DNA of 64,000 nt, from positions 1,536,001 through 1,600,000 of the forward strand of contig OZ250186.1 of assembly GCA_965238275.1 (NCBI GenBank), in the 5' to 3' direction. Positions 19,986 through 29,780 of this stretch are shown one piece after another. Source of the stretch: Nitrosopumilus sp. GTDB lineage: Archaea > Thermoproteota > Nitrososphaeria > Nitrososphaerales > Nitrosopumilaceae. The translations under genes were made by a program, and so were the position numbers. The notes beneath the pieces were generated by a model, which saw nothing but the letters and a program-made list of their open reading frames with translations, searched no databases and was not told where the DNA came from. The stretch's first letter is position 1, and each line of letters begins with the position of its first letter.

Positions 19986-21743
19986 GTGGAGTTTTCTATA
20001 CTAGCCCAGACCTTCCAAAGGATGGAATCGACTGCAAAGAGGCTGGAGCTGACCCAGATGCTGGTGGAACTGTTTGAAAAGACGCCGCACGAGGTCATTC
20101 CAAGAATCGTATACCTGCTGCAGGGAAAGATAAGGCCTGAATTTGAGGGAGTCGAGCTTGGCGTGGCAGAGAAGCTTGCCATGAGGGCAGTCTCAAAGTC
20201 ATCGGGCATTCCAGTCAGCAGGATTCAAGACGAGTACCGAAGGAGCGGGGATCTGGGGCACGCATCGTCTGTGATACTTGCACAAAAGACGCAGACTACG
20301 TTCCTTGCAGAGAATATCACAGTAGAGAGGGTGTATGAGACGCTCTTCAGGATTGCAAAACTGGAGGGGCCGCGTTCGCAGGACAAGAAGATGAGGTACA
20401 TATCCAGCCTCCTCAACGACGCAGAGCCACTTGAGGCAGGCTACATCCTTAAGATTCTTCTTGGCACCCTCCGCCTCGGAGTTGCAGAAAACACGGTAAT
20501 GGATGCGCTGGCAGTGGCATTCACAGGAGACAAGGCAAACAGGAAGGCACTCGAGCACGCGTACAACGTCTCAAGCGATCTGGGCATGGTGGCAGGCACC
20601 ATATCTGCAGACGGGCTGCAGGGAATCCTGGAGTTTGACATGATAATGTTCAACCCCGTAAGGCCGATGCTTGCAGACAGGGTCAAAAGCGAGCAGGAGG
20701 CAGTCGGGAAGATGGGCGGAGAGTTTGCAGCAGAGTACAAGCTGGACGGGGAAAGGGTACAGATTCATGTGGACGGCCAAAGGGTGGCGCTGTTCTCAAG
20801 AAGCCTGGAGAACATCTCAGGGTACTATCCGGATATAATGGAGAGGATTCCCGGGGCAGTTGCAGCCGACAGTGCGATTCTGGAGGCCGAGGCTGTTGCG
20901 ATAAACGAGGACACCGGGGGGTTCCTGCCGTTTCAGGAGCTGATGCACAGGAGGAGAAAGTACAACATAGAAAAGGCAGTCATGCAGTATCCAATCGCAG
21001 TCAACTTTTTTGACATACTGTACTGCAATGGGGAGAGCCTCCTGGAGTCAGGCTACCTGGAGAGGAGAAGGATGCTGGAGAAGGTTGTAAAAGAGGACGG
21101 CTTTGCAAGACACATTCCCATGACGCTGGTCCGGGAGGCAGCAGACATTGAGGACTTTTTTGAGAACAGCATCAATGCAGGCAGCGAGGGGCTCATGCTC
21201 AAGACGGCTGACGGACCATACCGGGCAGGCTCCCGGGGAAGCCACTGGCTGAAGCTCAAGCGGGAGTACCAAAACGAACTCGGAGACAGCCTGGATCTGG
21301 TTGTAATTGGCGGATTTTTTGGAAAGGGAAGAAGGACGGGAATGTACGGCACGCTGCTTCTTGCAGCATACAACGAAGACGAAGACGTCTTTACAAGCAT
21401 CTGCAAGGTAGGCACGGGGTTCTCAGACGAGGACCTGGACCAGATGTATCAGATTCTGCACCCCAAGGTCACGATCAGAAAGGATCCGCGCATCGACAGC
21501 GACATGGAGGCAGACGTCTGGTTTGATCCGGAACTGGTAATCGAGGTGGTGGCATCGGAGATTACCGTGAGTCCCATTCACAAGACGGCAATGGACAGCA
21601 TAAGAAAGGACTCAGGACTCGCGCTGAGGTTCCCCAAGTTTACAGGAAAGATAAGGGTAGAAAAGGCAGCAGAGGATGCATCGACAAGCGAGGAGGTCAT
21701 AACCCTGTACCAGGGACAAAACAAGGCATCATCCGGCACATGA
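19986..21743 (+). CDS. lig: ATP-dependent DNA ligase
   Basis: EYKLDGER, EGLMLK, WLKLK, DLVVIGG, LRFPKF. Confidence 0.96.
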   Translation: MEFSILAQTFQRMESTAKRLELTQMLVELFEKTPHEVIPRIVYLLQGKIRPEFEGVELGVAEKLAMRAVSKSSGIPVSRIQDEYRRSGDLGHASSVILAQKTQTTFLAENITVERVYETLFRIAKLEGPRSQDKKMRYISSLLNDAEPLEAGYILKILLGTLRLGVAENTVMDALAVAFTGDKANRKALEHAYNVSSDLGMVAGTISADGLQGILEFDMIMFNPVRPMLADRVKSEQEAVGKMGGEFAAEYKLDGERVQIHVDGQRVALFSRSLENISGYYPDIMERIPGAVAADSAILEAEAVAINEDTGGFLPFQELMHRRRKYNIEKAVMQYPIAVNFFDILYCNGESLLESGYLERRRMLEKVVKEDGFARHIPMTLVREAADIEDFFENSINAGSEGLMLKTADGPYRAGSRGSHWLKLKREYQNELGDSLDLVVIGGFFGKGRRTGMYGTLLLAAYNEDEDVFTSICKVGTGFSDEDLDQMYQILHPKVTIRKDPRIDSDMEADVWFDPELVIEVVASEITVSPIHKTAMDSIRKDSGLALRFPKFTGKIRVEKAAEDASTSEEVITLYQGQNKASSGT

Positions 21744-21746
21744 CAG

Positions 21747-21795
21747 TCAGGCAATCAGGCAGGCAATCAGGCAATCAGGCAATCAGGCAGGCAGA
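21747..21795. repeat. Short CAGGCAAT/CAGG tandem repeat
   Basis: tcaggcaatcaggcaggcaatcaggcaatcaggcaatcaggcaggcag. Confidence 0.8.
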
Positions 21796-21957
21796 GCCGC
21801 CAATGATCAAATCCGGGACGGAATTTTCCACGATTCTCTTTTGGTCAGACAGGCTGTCAGTGGCAGCAACAGCAGCAGCAGCAGCTGCAGGTAACCCTGA
21901 GCCACATCCATGCACGGCCGTGCCCATTTTGCAGTTATAAGTATGATGAGCCATTAG

Positions 21958-22770
21958 TTGTTTGCAATGATTGAGCAGCTGTGGGTCGTCCTGCTGGGAT
22001 TCGTGGCAGGAATGCTGGGCTCCATGATCGGTCTTGGCGGGGGAATAATCATGGTCCCTGTTCTGACGTTTGCAGGATTCATGCCATCTGCTGCCGTAAG
22101 TACTAGCCTCTTTGGGGTCCTCTCAGGCTCAATCTCGTCGACTGTATCCTACTCTAGACGCGTGGGAGTCGACTACGGCCTGGCCCTGAGACTCGGACTG
22201 CCCGGGGTCCCGGGGGCGGTTCTTGGCGCAACACTTGCAGCCGGCGTAAGGCCGGATCTTTTCCAGGCCCTGTTTGCCACGGTGATGATACTGGCTGCCG
22301 TATACCTGCTCATGAAGAGGAGAATCGAGGTTGCAAGGGTATTGCCGCGGCAGAAGAAGAGCATGATGATGCTTGCCATGGGCGTCAGCTTTCTTGCCGG
22401 AATCGCATCTGCATTCTTTGGAATAGGCGGCGGACTCGTACTGATACCGCTGATGGTAATCGGGATGGGAATGACGATGAAGCAGGCAGCGCCCATATCC
22501 ATGATGGCCCTGATAGTCACTGCCTCGTCAGGAGTGCTTGCCCATACTGCCCTGGGCCATCCGGAATTCCTGCATGCAGGACTACTTGTAGTGGGCTGTT
22601 TTGCAGGGGGGCTGGCAGGTGCAGGACTGAACATGAGGATGAAGGAGACGAGGCTCAGGATGGCAGCGGCTGCATTCATACTGCTGGCAGCTGCAAAGCT
22701 GATTTATGACGTGGCAGTCGAGGGCGTGGCCCTTGGCATGATACCTGTCTGGCAGTATAGCGGCGAGTAA
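21958..22770 (+). CDS. TauE/SafE (TSUP) family transporter
   Basis: Duplicated G.GGG..VP motif; multi-pass hydrophobic. Confidence 0.88.
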   Translation: MFAMIEQLWVVLLGFVAGMLGSMIGLGGGIIMVPVLTFAGFMPSAAVSTSLFGVLSGSISSTVSYSRRVGVDYGLALRLGLPGVPGAVLGATLAAGVRPDLFQALFATVMILAAVYLLMKRRIEVARVLPRQKKSMMMLAMGVSFLAGIASAFFGIGGGLVLIPLMVIGMGMTMKQAAPISMMALIVTASSGVLAHTALGHPEFLHAGLLVVGCFAGGLAGAGLNMRMKETRLRMAAAAFILLAAAKLIYDVAVEGVALGMIPVWQYSGE

Positions 22771-24319
22771 AAGTTCGTGCAAACAGATCTCTCTGTAGCA
22801 TGTCCTGATGCTCTTTCCGGCGCTCTGTCAGACCTTCCAATATTGTCGTCGTTGCCGGATCCAAGCCGACCTGTCGAATTGTTCATTCCAGAACCATCCG
22901 ATCCGTGATCCTCGCGCCTTGTGACGACCTGGGGGCCGACACCTGCAATGGTGCCTCCACGATTCCCGTGGGCTTGGCCGCCAGTCTCCTCCGTCTGGAG
23001 ACAGTCATTATCCAAAATGTTTTTTGCCGCGTTCTTGTCGGCATGGTCCCTCCACTCCCATCCGCATGAGACGCACGTCGACAATGTACCTGTTCATGAT
23101 TCCGCCGTTCCTGGACTTTGCTCCAAAAGGGCCACGTGTTACCCCGCAGGCAGCGCATCTTCTGGCTTGTATGTGCGGATTCCACGCGTCTTGAAATTCC
23201 GCCTTTCTTTTTCATCTGCCATTCAAGCTGGATCCTGAACTCGCCCATTCTGGAATAGGCCATCTCGCGGTTCAACCCCGTCTTTGAAGCCGTTTGATAT
23301 GCCGCAGGATCAAGTTCGGGCCTCATCTTGGTCAAATCCAGATCTTAGTCTTCCACGGTCGAACAATACGGACAGTCCTTTTGTTATCCGCCTGGCAATG
23401 TCGGCCTCGTTGTGTTTTTGCCTGTTTGATGAAGCCGCCCCGCAGGATCGCCTCATCTTTTTCAATTCATGCGTTACCTTGCGGCCGATCTCTTTCCATC
23501 TTCTGGAGCCTGCCTGGCATCTTGATCTAAGTGATTTCAGCTGTTCAATCCTGTCGCCGTCATGCCTCTTGCAGCCTCCGGGGACATTGTACAGTTTTTC
23601 GTTCCCGTCCTCGTCTGCGACTGCCGCAAGGTGCCTGACTCCAAGATCCAGCCCTGCCTTGCATCCGCCGCCGCCACCGCCTGTCGCGGGTTCGGGGTCT
23701 GGGACTTCTATCTGCAAATGCAGTTTGAATTCGCGATCACCATCCTTGGTCTTACGCGTGACCTTGCCCGTGGTGTCAATCATCTGGAATGACACGAGCC
23801 TGCCTTCCGGAACCTTCGTGCGTGGCCTTGCTTCCCCGAGTCCGGGCAGAAACACGGCTCCACTGTCTCGCAGTTTTGGCTTTGCGCGTGAATTCAGCGA
23901 GCGCAGCCTGGTTGTTTTCCTGCCGCGCCTCATCAGGCTGGACGGCTCGGTCCACCGATTGTGCCTGTACGTTTTCTTTTTCCCCAGCTTGATCTGTTTC
24001 TTGCGCCAGATGCGCTTGTTGCCGGGAGGGATACTTTATGACCACCTGCCTGCTTGAGCCGGTTTGCCTTGCGGAATTTGACTGCCGCCTGGAAAGCCTG
24101 CTTTGAGGCGGCCTCATGCATGCGGACGCTGTTGGCCAGGTTGAATTCCCTGCGCCATCCTGTTATCAGGTTGTTGACATCAAACTGTGTGATCCCGGGA
24201 TGTGCAAGTTTCATCATGATTGTCATGTCGTAAATGATGTCTGTTTCCCGGGAGCATTTCACGATCTTGCGTGACAGTTCCCGAGATTGCGTTATCTTGA
24301 TGATTTTACTGACAATCAT
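22771..24319 (-). pseudogene. tnpB: Frameshifted TnpB (IS200/IS605/IS607-related; no tnpA)
   Basis: Fragments in different frames: RuvC-I GLDLGVRHL, F..QLEW...K.G, AHTSQ, CVSCG..DHADKNAAKNIL; element ends not defined. Confidence 0.85.
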
Positions 24320-24401
24320 ACCTGTAGTTGGGATTTATTTTCTTAAAAAGGTGCCCAAAAAATTGCATGAACTTTCGCTTTTCACTATAGCACTAACTAC
24401 A

Positions 24402-24869
24402 TCATGTGCGGGGCGGTTCTTTTTTTATCCTGTAGATGTTTCTCTTTGAGAGCACCACAGTCTCCCCCTCCTGCGTGGTTCCCTCGTAGTCTACGGTGAT
24501 CCTTCCAAACTCCTCATCCACGTCCTCCTTTTTGGATATGGTAAACTTTAGCTTCAGAACCTGGTCGGTGTAAAACGGCCTGAGAAACCTGGTGCCCCTG
24601 TTGTCCCAGTCCGGATCCCCGTCGGTTCCAAGAAGGACCATGTGGTTTCCATATATCTGGCTCAGCCTTGTAAACTCGCCTTCCATTCTTGAGAGGATTG
24701 CCCTTCCCGAGACCATCTGTGCGTCATCATCACCATTCCCTGACTGCCCGTATTCCAGAAACGCGTTTCGCACGCGGGAGAAGTTGAGGTATTCCCTGAG
24801 CTCCTTGGATGATATGCTGCATGTGGAGTGGAACGAATCCCCCACGCGGAACTCTGAAAACTTTTTCAT
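24402..24869 (-). CDS. MaoC-like hot-dog fold protein
   Basis: FSEFRVGD start, RFLRPFYTD strand, V.YEGTTQEGETV; 4-bp overlap with SDR. Confidence 0.7.
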   Translation of the reverse strand: MKKFSEFRVGDSFHSTCSISSKELREYLNFSRVRNAFLEYGQSGNGDDDAQMVSGRAILSRMEGEFTRLSQIYGNHMVLLGTDGDPDWDNRGTRFLRPFYTDQVLKLKFTISKKEDVDEEFGRITVDYEGTTQEGETVVLSKRNIYRIKKEPPRT

Positions 24870-26653
24870 CTCAGCTCGTCTACGCAGAATATGACGGGGG
24901 ACGACGAATCCCCCCTGCCTGACACAAGATAGTCAAAGACTGCCGTTATTCTGGAATCATCAGACTCCGTGCCTGCCACGGATCCCGGAAGAACCGTGAA
25001 CAGCCTGATGCCGGATTTTAGGACGTCGCTGAGTTCCTGGTTTACAGTAGTGGTGAACGGCCTGAGTGCGCCCCTGAACACCTCGACCTGCGCCCTTTGC
25101 ACCCCGGTAACCTTTCTTCCGGCAGGCATGTCGGGGCCTACAATCATGACTGCGCCCCTGGCATCCCTGTAAAGGCGCGGATCCAGTCTGCCGCCGGGCA
25201 CAAACATCTCAAGGGTTCTCTGGGCGACGGTTGCAGGGGTCGTGATGAATTTTTTAATCAGATCGTCCCACTGGCCCCTTGTCAGTCCCGTCACCTGTGG
25301 TATCTCAGGCAGCCTGCCGGTAAGATGAACCACGCCCAAAATGTCTCCAAGGTTGGTCCTGGCAGTCTCTAGCCATCGTGCCACCTCCTCGGGATTCTGA
25401 ATATCTACAACGTGTGAGTGGAACCTGCTGCTGATGTATTCCTGAATGTCTGCAGGCACCGACTTTGATATGAAGCATGCCACCTTGCCGCCATTCTTCT
25501 CAACGTGGCCTGCCAGGGCCTCTGCCCTCTGCGCGTCTGCCATGTCCGTTGCATCGACTGTAAGCACGACTGCCCTTCCCTTGAAGTCCTGCGTGTGGAC
25601 CTCCGGGGCCGTGGTTGTGACATGGGGCTTTACCGGATAAAACACCCTGTCGCCGGGAACCACCTTTCCGTTTAGAATCCTTGCCATGTCATCGCCGCAC
25701 AGGTTGAGGACTGATTCGGCAACCTGGCCCTGTGAGAGGAATTCCCGGTTTGCAATCATGCGGGACGTGTTCTTTTGAACCTTTTCTGCTATGGTCTGAA
25801 TCTTCTCCAAAAGGCTGGTAAAGACGCCGGTCAGCTCTGCTGCATCGTGGATGCCTGCAAGCTTGTCTGCAGCCTTTGCAATGCCGTCCCTGATTACGTC
25901 ACTGTCCTCGCCCAGCAGCGGAAGCAGTTCCCTGTTTGCAGCATCGACTTCCACGGGGGTAAGGTCACCAAAACCGCTCACCCTCATAAACTCGGCAGCC
26001 GCCTTGGGGTATACGGTCTTGTATATTCTGTCAGAGTGTACCGGTCCTGGATTTGTCGCAATTGATATTATTCCCTTCTCTGCAAGCTCCCACGAGATCA
26101 TCTCTGCCAGCCGGTTCTTTGCCCCCTGCGATGCAGTGTACGGGCTTCTGAAACGGTACGGCCTCTGCTCCAGAGGCCTCTCCTCTGTAAAGAACGTCGA
26201 GATGGTGATTATCTTGCCGCCCTCCTTCATTACCCTCAGGGCCTGTACGGAGCCCCAGAACGTTCCGGTCAGGTGAATCCCAACCGTGCTCTTGAATTCG
26301 TCAAGGGGCGCGTTTGCAAAGCACGTGACCGGGCCGGAGACTCCGGCATTATTAATCACATAGTCTACTGTGACTCCGTCACGGTGCAAAGAGTCAAACA
26401 TGCCAGTCATTCCGGACTCGTCGGCAACGTCCACGCCTGAAAATATCCTGACTGACGCACCCGTATCGTTCCGGGCGATTATCTCCTGCAGCATGCCTGA
26501 CGTCTCTTCCAGGGGTGCCGGCCGCCTTCCAAGAATTATCACGCTGGCGCCGTTTTCTACAAACTTTTTGGCTATTGCCTGGCCGATGCCGGTTCCGCTG
26601 CCTGTCACCAGAGCGGTTTTTCCTTGAAATTTTAACATAGACAAGATGCCCAC
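24866..26653 (-). CDS. Two-domain SDR oxidoreductase (malonyl-CoA-reductase-like motifs)
   Basis: TGSGTGIG, NNAG, PYRFRSPYTASQ, NPGPVHSDR; degenerate second SDR domain. Confidence 0.85.
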   Translation of the reverse strand: MGILSMLKFQGKTALVTGSGTGIGQAIAKKFVENGASVIILGRRPAPLEETSGMLQEIIARNDTGASVRIFSGVDVADESGMTGMFDSLHRDGVTVDYVINNAGVSGPVTCFANAPLDEFKSTVGIHLTGTFWGSVQALRVMKEGGKIITISTFFTEERPLEQRPYRFRSPYTASQGAKNRLAEMISWELAEKGIISIATNPGPVHSDRIYKTVYPKAAAEFMRVSGFGDLTPVEVDAANRELLPLLGEDSDVIRDGIAKAADKLAGIHDAAELTGVFTSLLEKIQTIAEKVQKNTSRMIANREFLSQGQVAESVLNLCGDDMARILNGKVVPGDRVFYPVKPHVTTTAPEVHTQDFKGRAVVLTVDATDMADAQRAEALAGHVEKNGGKVACFISKSVPADIQEYISSRFHSHVVDIQNPEEVARWLETARTNLGDILGVVHLTGRLPEIPQVTGLTRGQWDDLIKKFITTPATVAQRTLEMFVPGGRLDPRLYRDARGAVMIVGPDMPAGRKVTGVQRAQVEVFRGALRPFTTTVNQELSDVLKSGIRLFTVLPGSVAGTESDDSRITAVFDYLVSGRGDSSSPVIFCVDELR

Positions 26654-26996
26654 CTTTTGGCAATATTTAATTGGATTGATTCACGTGGTGCATGCGCTCC
26701 TGTCCGGGATGCCCTGGCAGGAATAATGCAAATGGCCGTCTATCCGGACGGCGATGCCGGCATGTCAGACCAATGGGGCATAACAGCCAGGTACGATGCA
26801 CAAATTCCTAGGACAAGACGTTCCAAATTAATTTAAAATATCGGCCTGCCCCTGTGACGGTCTTGGGACACTGCGATCTCAATGGCAGCGGTCTAAATGG
26901 ATGCCTTTCTGGCAAACTTTTAGGCACGGACATGGCCATGCCCTGGCAGCATCCCGGATGTCTATCTTTATTTGTGGGTATGATTCATGATTTCTG

Positions 26997-27233
26997 ATGC
27001 ACGATACGGAATCAGACACGTTTGTCCCTCAGACTTGGCCTGAGAAGTTCTCAGACATGCTAAGGGAGATTGATGTGGACTCTGAATCAAGGGATGTCGG
27101 CTCCTGTGATATTGAAAGCGGGGACTACTACAGCCGGTACTTTGCCCAGACGCCCAGGATGGTGACCAACAGGGGCTGCCTTGAGATAAAGGACTCCAAC
27201 ATTGACATGGTGCAGATAATCCAAAAGGGGTAA
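26997..27233 (+). CDS. Hypothetical protein
   Basis: 78 aa; TTTAT box ~28 bp upstream; co-oriented with next gene. Confidence 0.65.
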   Translation: MHDTESDTFVPQTWPEKFSDMLREIDVDSESRDVGSCDIESGDYYSRYFAQTPRMVTNRGCLEIKDSNIDMVQIIQKG

Positions 27234-27240
27234 GTAAGAC

Positions 27241-27618
27241 ATGCAGGATCCAAATCCAATGCCATGGGGCGCGCTTGACAGGTATCAGGCGCATTTTATT
27301 GTAAAAAGGGATGCAGGGACCTCAGTCCAAAACTTTGTTGCAAGAACCACTCTTGAGACCCGGGGCCATTTTGCCTCAAAGACGATCACTGCAGTCCGGT
27401 GGAACGGTCCCGGCAGCCTGGCTGCAAGGCTGAATGGCGATGAGACCCTCAACGGCATGATCAAGGCACAGTCCCTCAAAGACGCGACAATCTATGTCGA
27501 ACCTACCGACGATGTCATCCGAATCAGGGGAAAATGGGACAACCACCTCGCGTTTGGAATTACCCGCCAGATGTTTGACATCTACGACCGGATAGCATCC
27601 CACATAAAGGCGCTTTAG
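27241..27618 (+). CDS. Hypothetical protein
   Basis: 125-aa ORF, 7 bp after previous gene. Confidence 0.7.
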   Translation: MQDPNPMPWGALDRYQAHFIVKRDAGTSVQNFVARTTLETRGHFASKTITAVRWNGPGSLAARLNGDETLNGMIKAQSLKDATIYVEPTDDVIRIRGKWDNHLAFGITRQMFDIYDRIASHIKAL

Positions 27619-28190
27619 GCCTTCCACCAGTCGATGGCAAGAAAGTCCACCCTGTTCCCGCGTGGCACTGCCAGTATGAACTGCTTTCGTACGGCAGCTG
27701 CGAGCCTTCCTGCCAGAACGATTCCGGTGGATGTGACCGGCTCGCTTCTCTTGTAGACCTGGACCAGGTACGGGGCATGATCGATTCCGGGTCCCTTTTC
27801 ATACACTGCAAAGTCACAGCCGAACTTTATTCCGGGATTCACAATGTACCCCTTGTCCCTGAAATTCTTGTAGACCAGGTATTTTTTGTCAAAATCCTGA
27901 TACTCCTGCCGGCATACCTCCATCATGGCCTCCTCCGTAACCCTTCTCCTGGACCGAGTCACGGTAATCCTCTTGTTCTCCAAAAGGTACAGCCCCTCTA
28001 TAAGATCCAGAATCAGCGGGGCGTCTATCTCTTCAATCTTTGGCTTTGGAATCCCTATGGGCTTTCCATAGTAGCCGCCGCCGAAAAGGGCCTTGGAATC
28101 CTCAATGTCCCATACTATGATTCTGTTCTCGATCAGCTCCCCCCTCATCACTTGTTGGGAATTTTTCAAGTATATGAACCATAATTTCAC
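27615..28190 (-). CDS. endA: tRNA-intron endonuclease catalytic subunit (start may be TTG 28169)
   Basis: L.LIEGLYL, YLVYKNFRDKGY, GIKFGCDFAVY..GPG.DHA, RLA..VRK. Confidence 0.92.
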   Translation of the reverse strand: MKLWFIYLKNSQQVMRGELIENRIIVWDIEDSKALFGGGYYGKPIGIPKPKIEEIDAPLILDLIEGLYLLENKRITVTRSRRRVTEEAMMEVCRQEYQDFDKKYLVYKNFRDKGYIVNPGIKFGCDFAVYEKGPGIDHAPYLVQVYKRSEPVTSTGIVLAGRLAAAVRKQFILAVPRGNRVDFLAIDWWKA

Positions 28191-28276
28191 CGGTTACCTC
28201 CGGCGGCCGCCCCCTGCTGCACCACATGAAGACCTGGGGATTTGCTGGCAGCATGGAAAAAATGAGGAGGTGCCGT

Positions 28277-28936
28277 CTAAAGGCTCAATGCCAGCAGGAT
28301 AAACGAGTCTGAGACCCTCTGACACTTGTCAGCCATCTCCTCGATTCCCTCTATCACGTCCTTCATCAGCATCAGCTCCTTTGTATCAGACACTCCTGTC
28401 AAAAGTTTGAGTGTTGCCTGCCTGTACTTGATGTCTATCTCCCTTTCGATAGTCTGCGTCTCCTGGGCCAGCTCAATGGCGCTTGCAGTGTTTGTGTTCA
28501 AGCTTCGAATGATCTCGTTTAGCTTGTAGACCTCGTCTACAACCAGTTTGATAAGGTTTGTCACATCCTTGTCAAGATGTGCGCTCTTTAGGGTTGAAGG
28601 CTTTACGTTTGATAGTTTGAAGGAGATTCCGGTGATGTAGCCGGCAATCTCGTCCATCGTATATGCCGTGTTGAGGAGGTTCTCACGGTTCATTATCAGT
28701 CCTCCGACGTCAGCCACTTCGCGCGTGATCTTTCTTCTCAGACTCTCAACTTCTTCTTCGATAGTCGAGATCTGCTCCAGTGAGTTCTTGATGCCTGCCC
28801 TGTCCTTTCTCATCATCAGATCCGGCAGCGTTGCAAGTTCCCTTGCCGCATTCAGAATTCGGTTAATCTCGTCTTGCAGGACTGCTATGGCCTTTCTCTT
28901 TGCCTGAACTTCAAGTTCTCCGCTATACATAACCAT
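28277..28936 (-). CDS. DUF47/PhoU-like phosphate transport regulator
   Basis: Helical; IEEEVESLRR...RE.L, IE..ADKC. Confidence 0.8.
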   Translation of the reverse strand: MVMYSGELEVQAKRKAIAVLQDEINRILNAARELATLPDLMMRKDRAGIKNSLEQISTIEEEVESLRRKITREVADVGGLIMNRENLLNTAYTMDEIAGYITGISFKLSNVKPSTLKSAHLDKDVTNLIKLVVDEVYKLNEIIRSLNTNTASAIELAQETQTIEREIDIKYRQATLKLLTGVSDTKELMLMKDVIEGIEEMADKCQRVSDSFILLALSL

Positions 28937-29162
28937 TGGTGAAGCCCTTACAGGTAATTTAAATCATTTATGACCGGATTCCGGCCAAACGCCTGCGGCA
29001 GCATGCCTGTCCCCATGGGGGATCCCCCCGGGAATGTCTTGATGCCCGGCGCGCATGGACGGGGATGATTCTGCATGCCCTGCCTGCATTCGGAGGGCCA
29101 GGCACTGCCAAAATCTATATCCCCTTGTAATTCATGGCATTTCGTTGAGGATTCACCCTGGA

Positions 29163-29780
29163 ATGATTGGCGGGCTGAAGGGGATAATACCTGGCGGCGT
29201 ATCTGTGGATGATTTTTGTGCAGTCACAGGCATGGGCAGTGAAGACTCCGGCCTGATTCTTGCCGGGCTGGTCAAAGACGGCATCGGCAGTACAGAGGAT
29301 CAGTTCTATTACTTTCAGGACGGTGATCGGCTCAGGATTGCGATCGGCCTGCTTGAGGGGGGACTCCAAGCCGACGATGTCTCAGAGGCCCTTGGCTGGC
29401 GGGATTTTGAAGGACTGACGGCCCAGATTCTCTCCTCGGGAGGATTTGCAGTCATGAGAAACATGATCCTTGCAAAACCCCGAATGGAAATTGACGTAGT
29501 GGGCATCCGGCTGGGCGTTGCGATCCTGATTGACTGCAAGCACTGGAGGCGCTACAGCGAGTCATCCCTGAAATCCGCAGTCAGCAAGCAGATTGCCCGG
29601 ACCAGGCACTACGTGGCAAAGACTGCCGGGGCAGTAGCCGTCCCTGCAATTGTGACGCTGTACCAGGACAAGCTGAGCTTCATCAACAACGTTCCAATAG
29701 TGCCCATCTCCCAGCTCTCCTCGTTTATTGACGAGTTTTATGGCAACCTTGATCAGATGAGGACTATAGAAACAGGCTAG
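29163..29780 (+). CDS. Mrr-like PD-(D/E)XK nuclease-fold protein
   Basis: W.DFE....IL, EIDVVG, IDCKHW. Confidence 0.75.
   Translation: MIGGLKGIIPGGVSVDDFCAVTGMGSEDSGLILAGLVKDGIGSTEDQFYYFQDGDRLRIAIGLLEGGLQADDVSEALGWRDFEGLTAQILSSGGFAVMRNMILAKPRMEIDVVGIRLGVAILIDCKHWRRYSESSLKSAVSKQIARTRHYVAKTAGAVAVPAIVTLYQDKLSFINNVPIVPISQLSSFIDEFYGNLDQMRTIETG

Noticed and set aside
29163-29780. Mrr-like gene as a defence system
   Set aside because: Solitary, in housekeeping context, with no methyltransferase or other defence genes adjacent.
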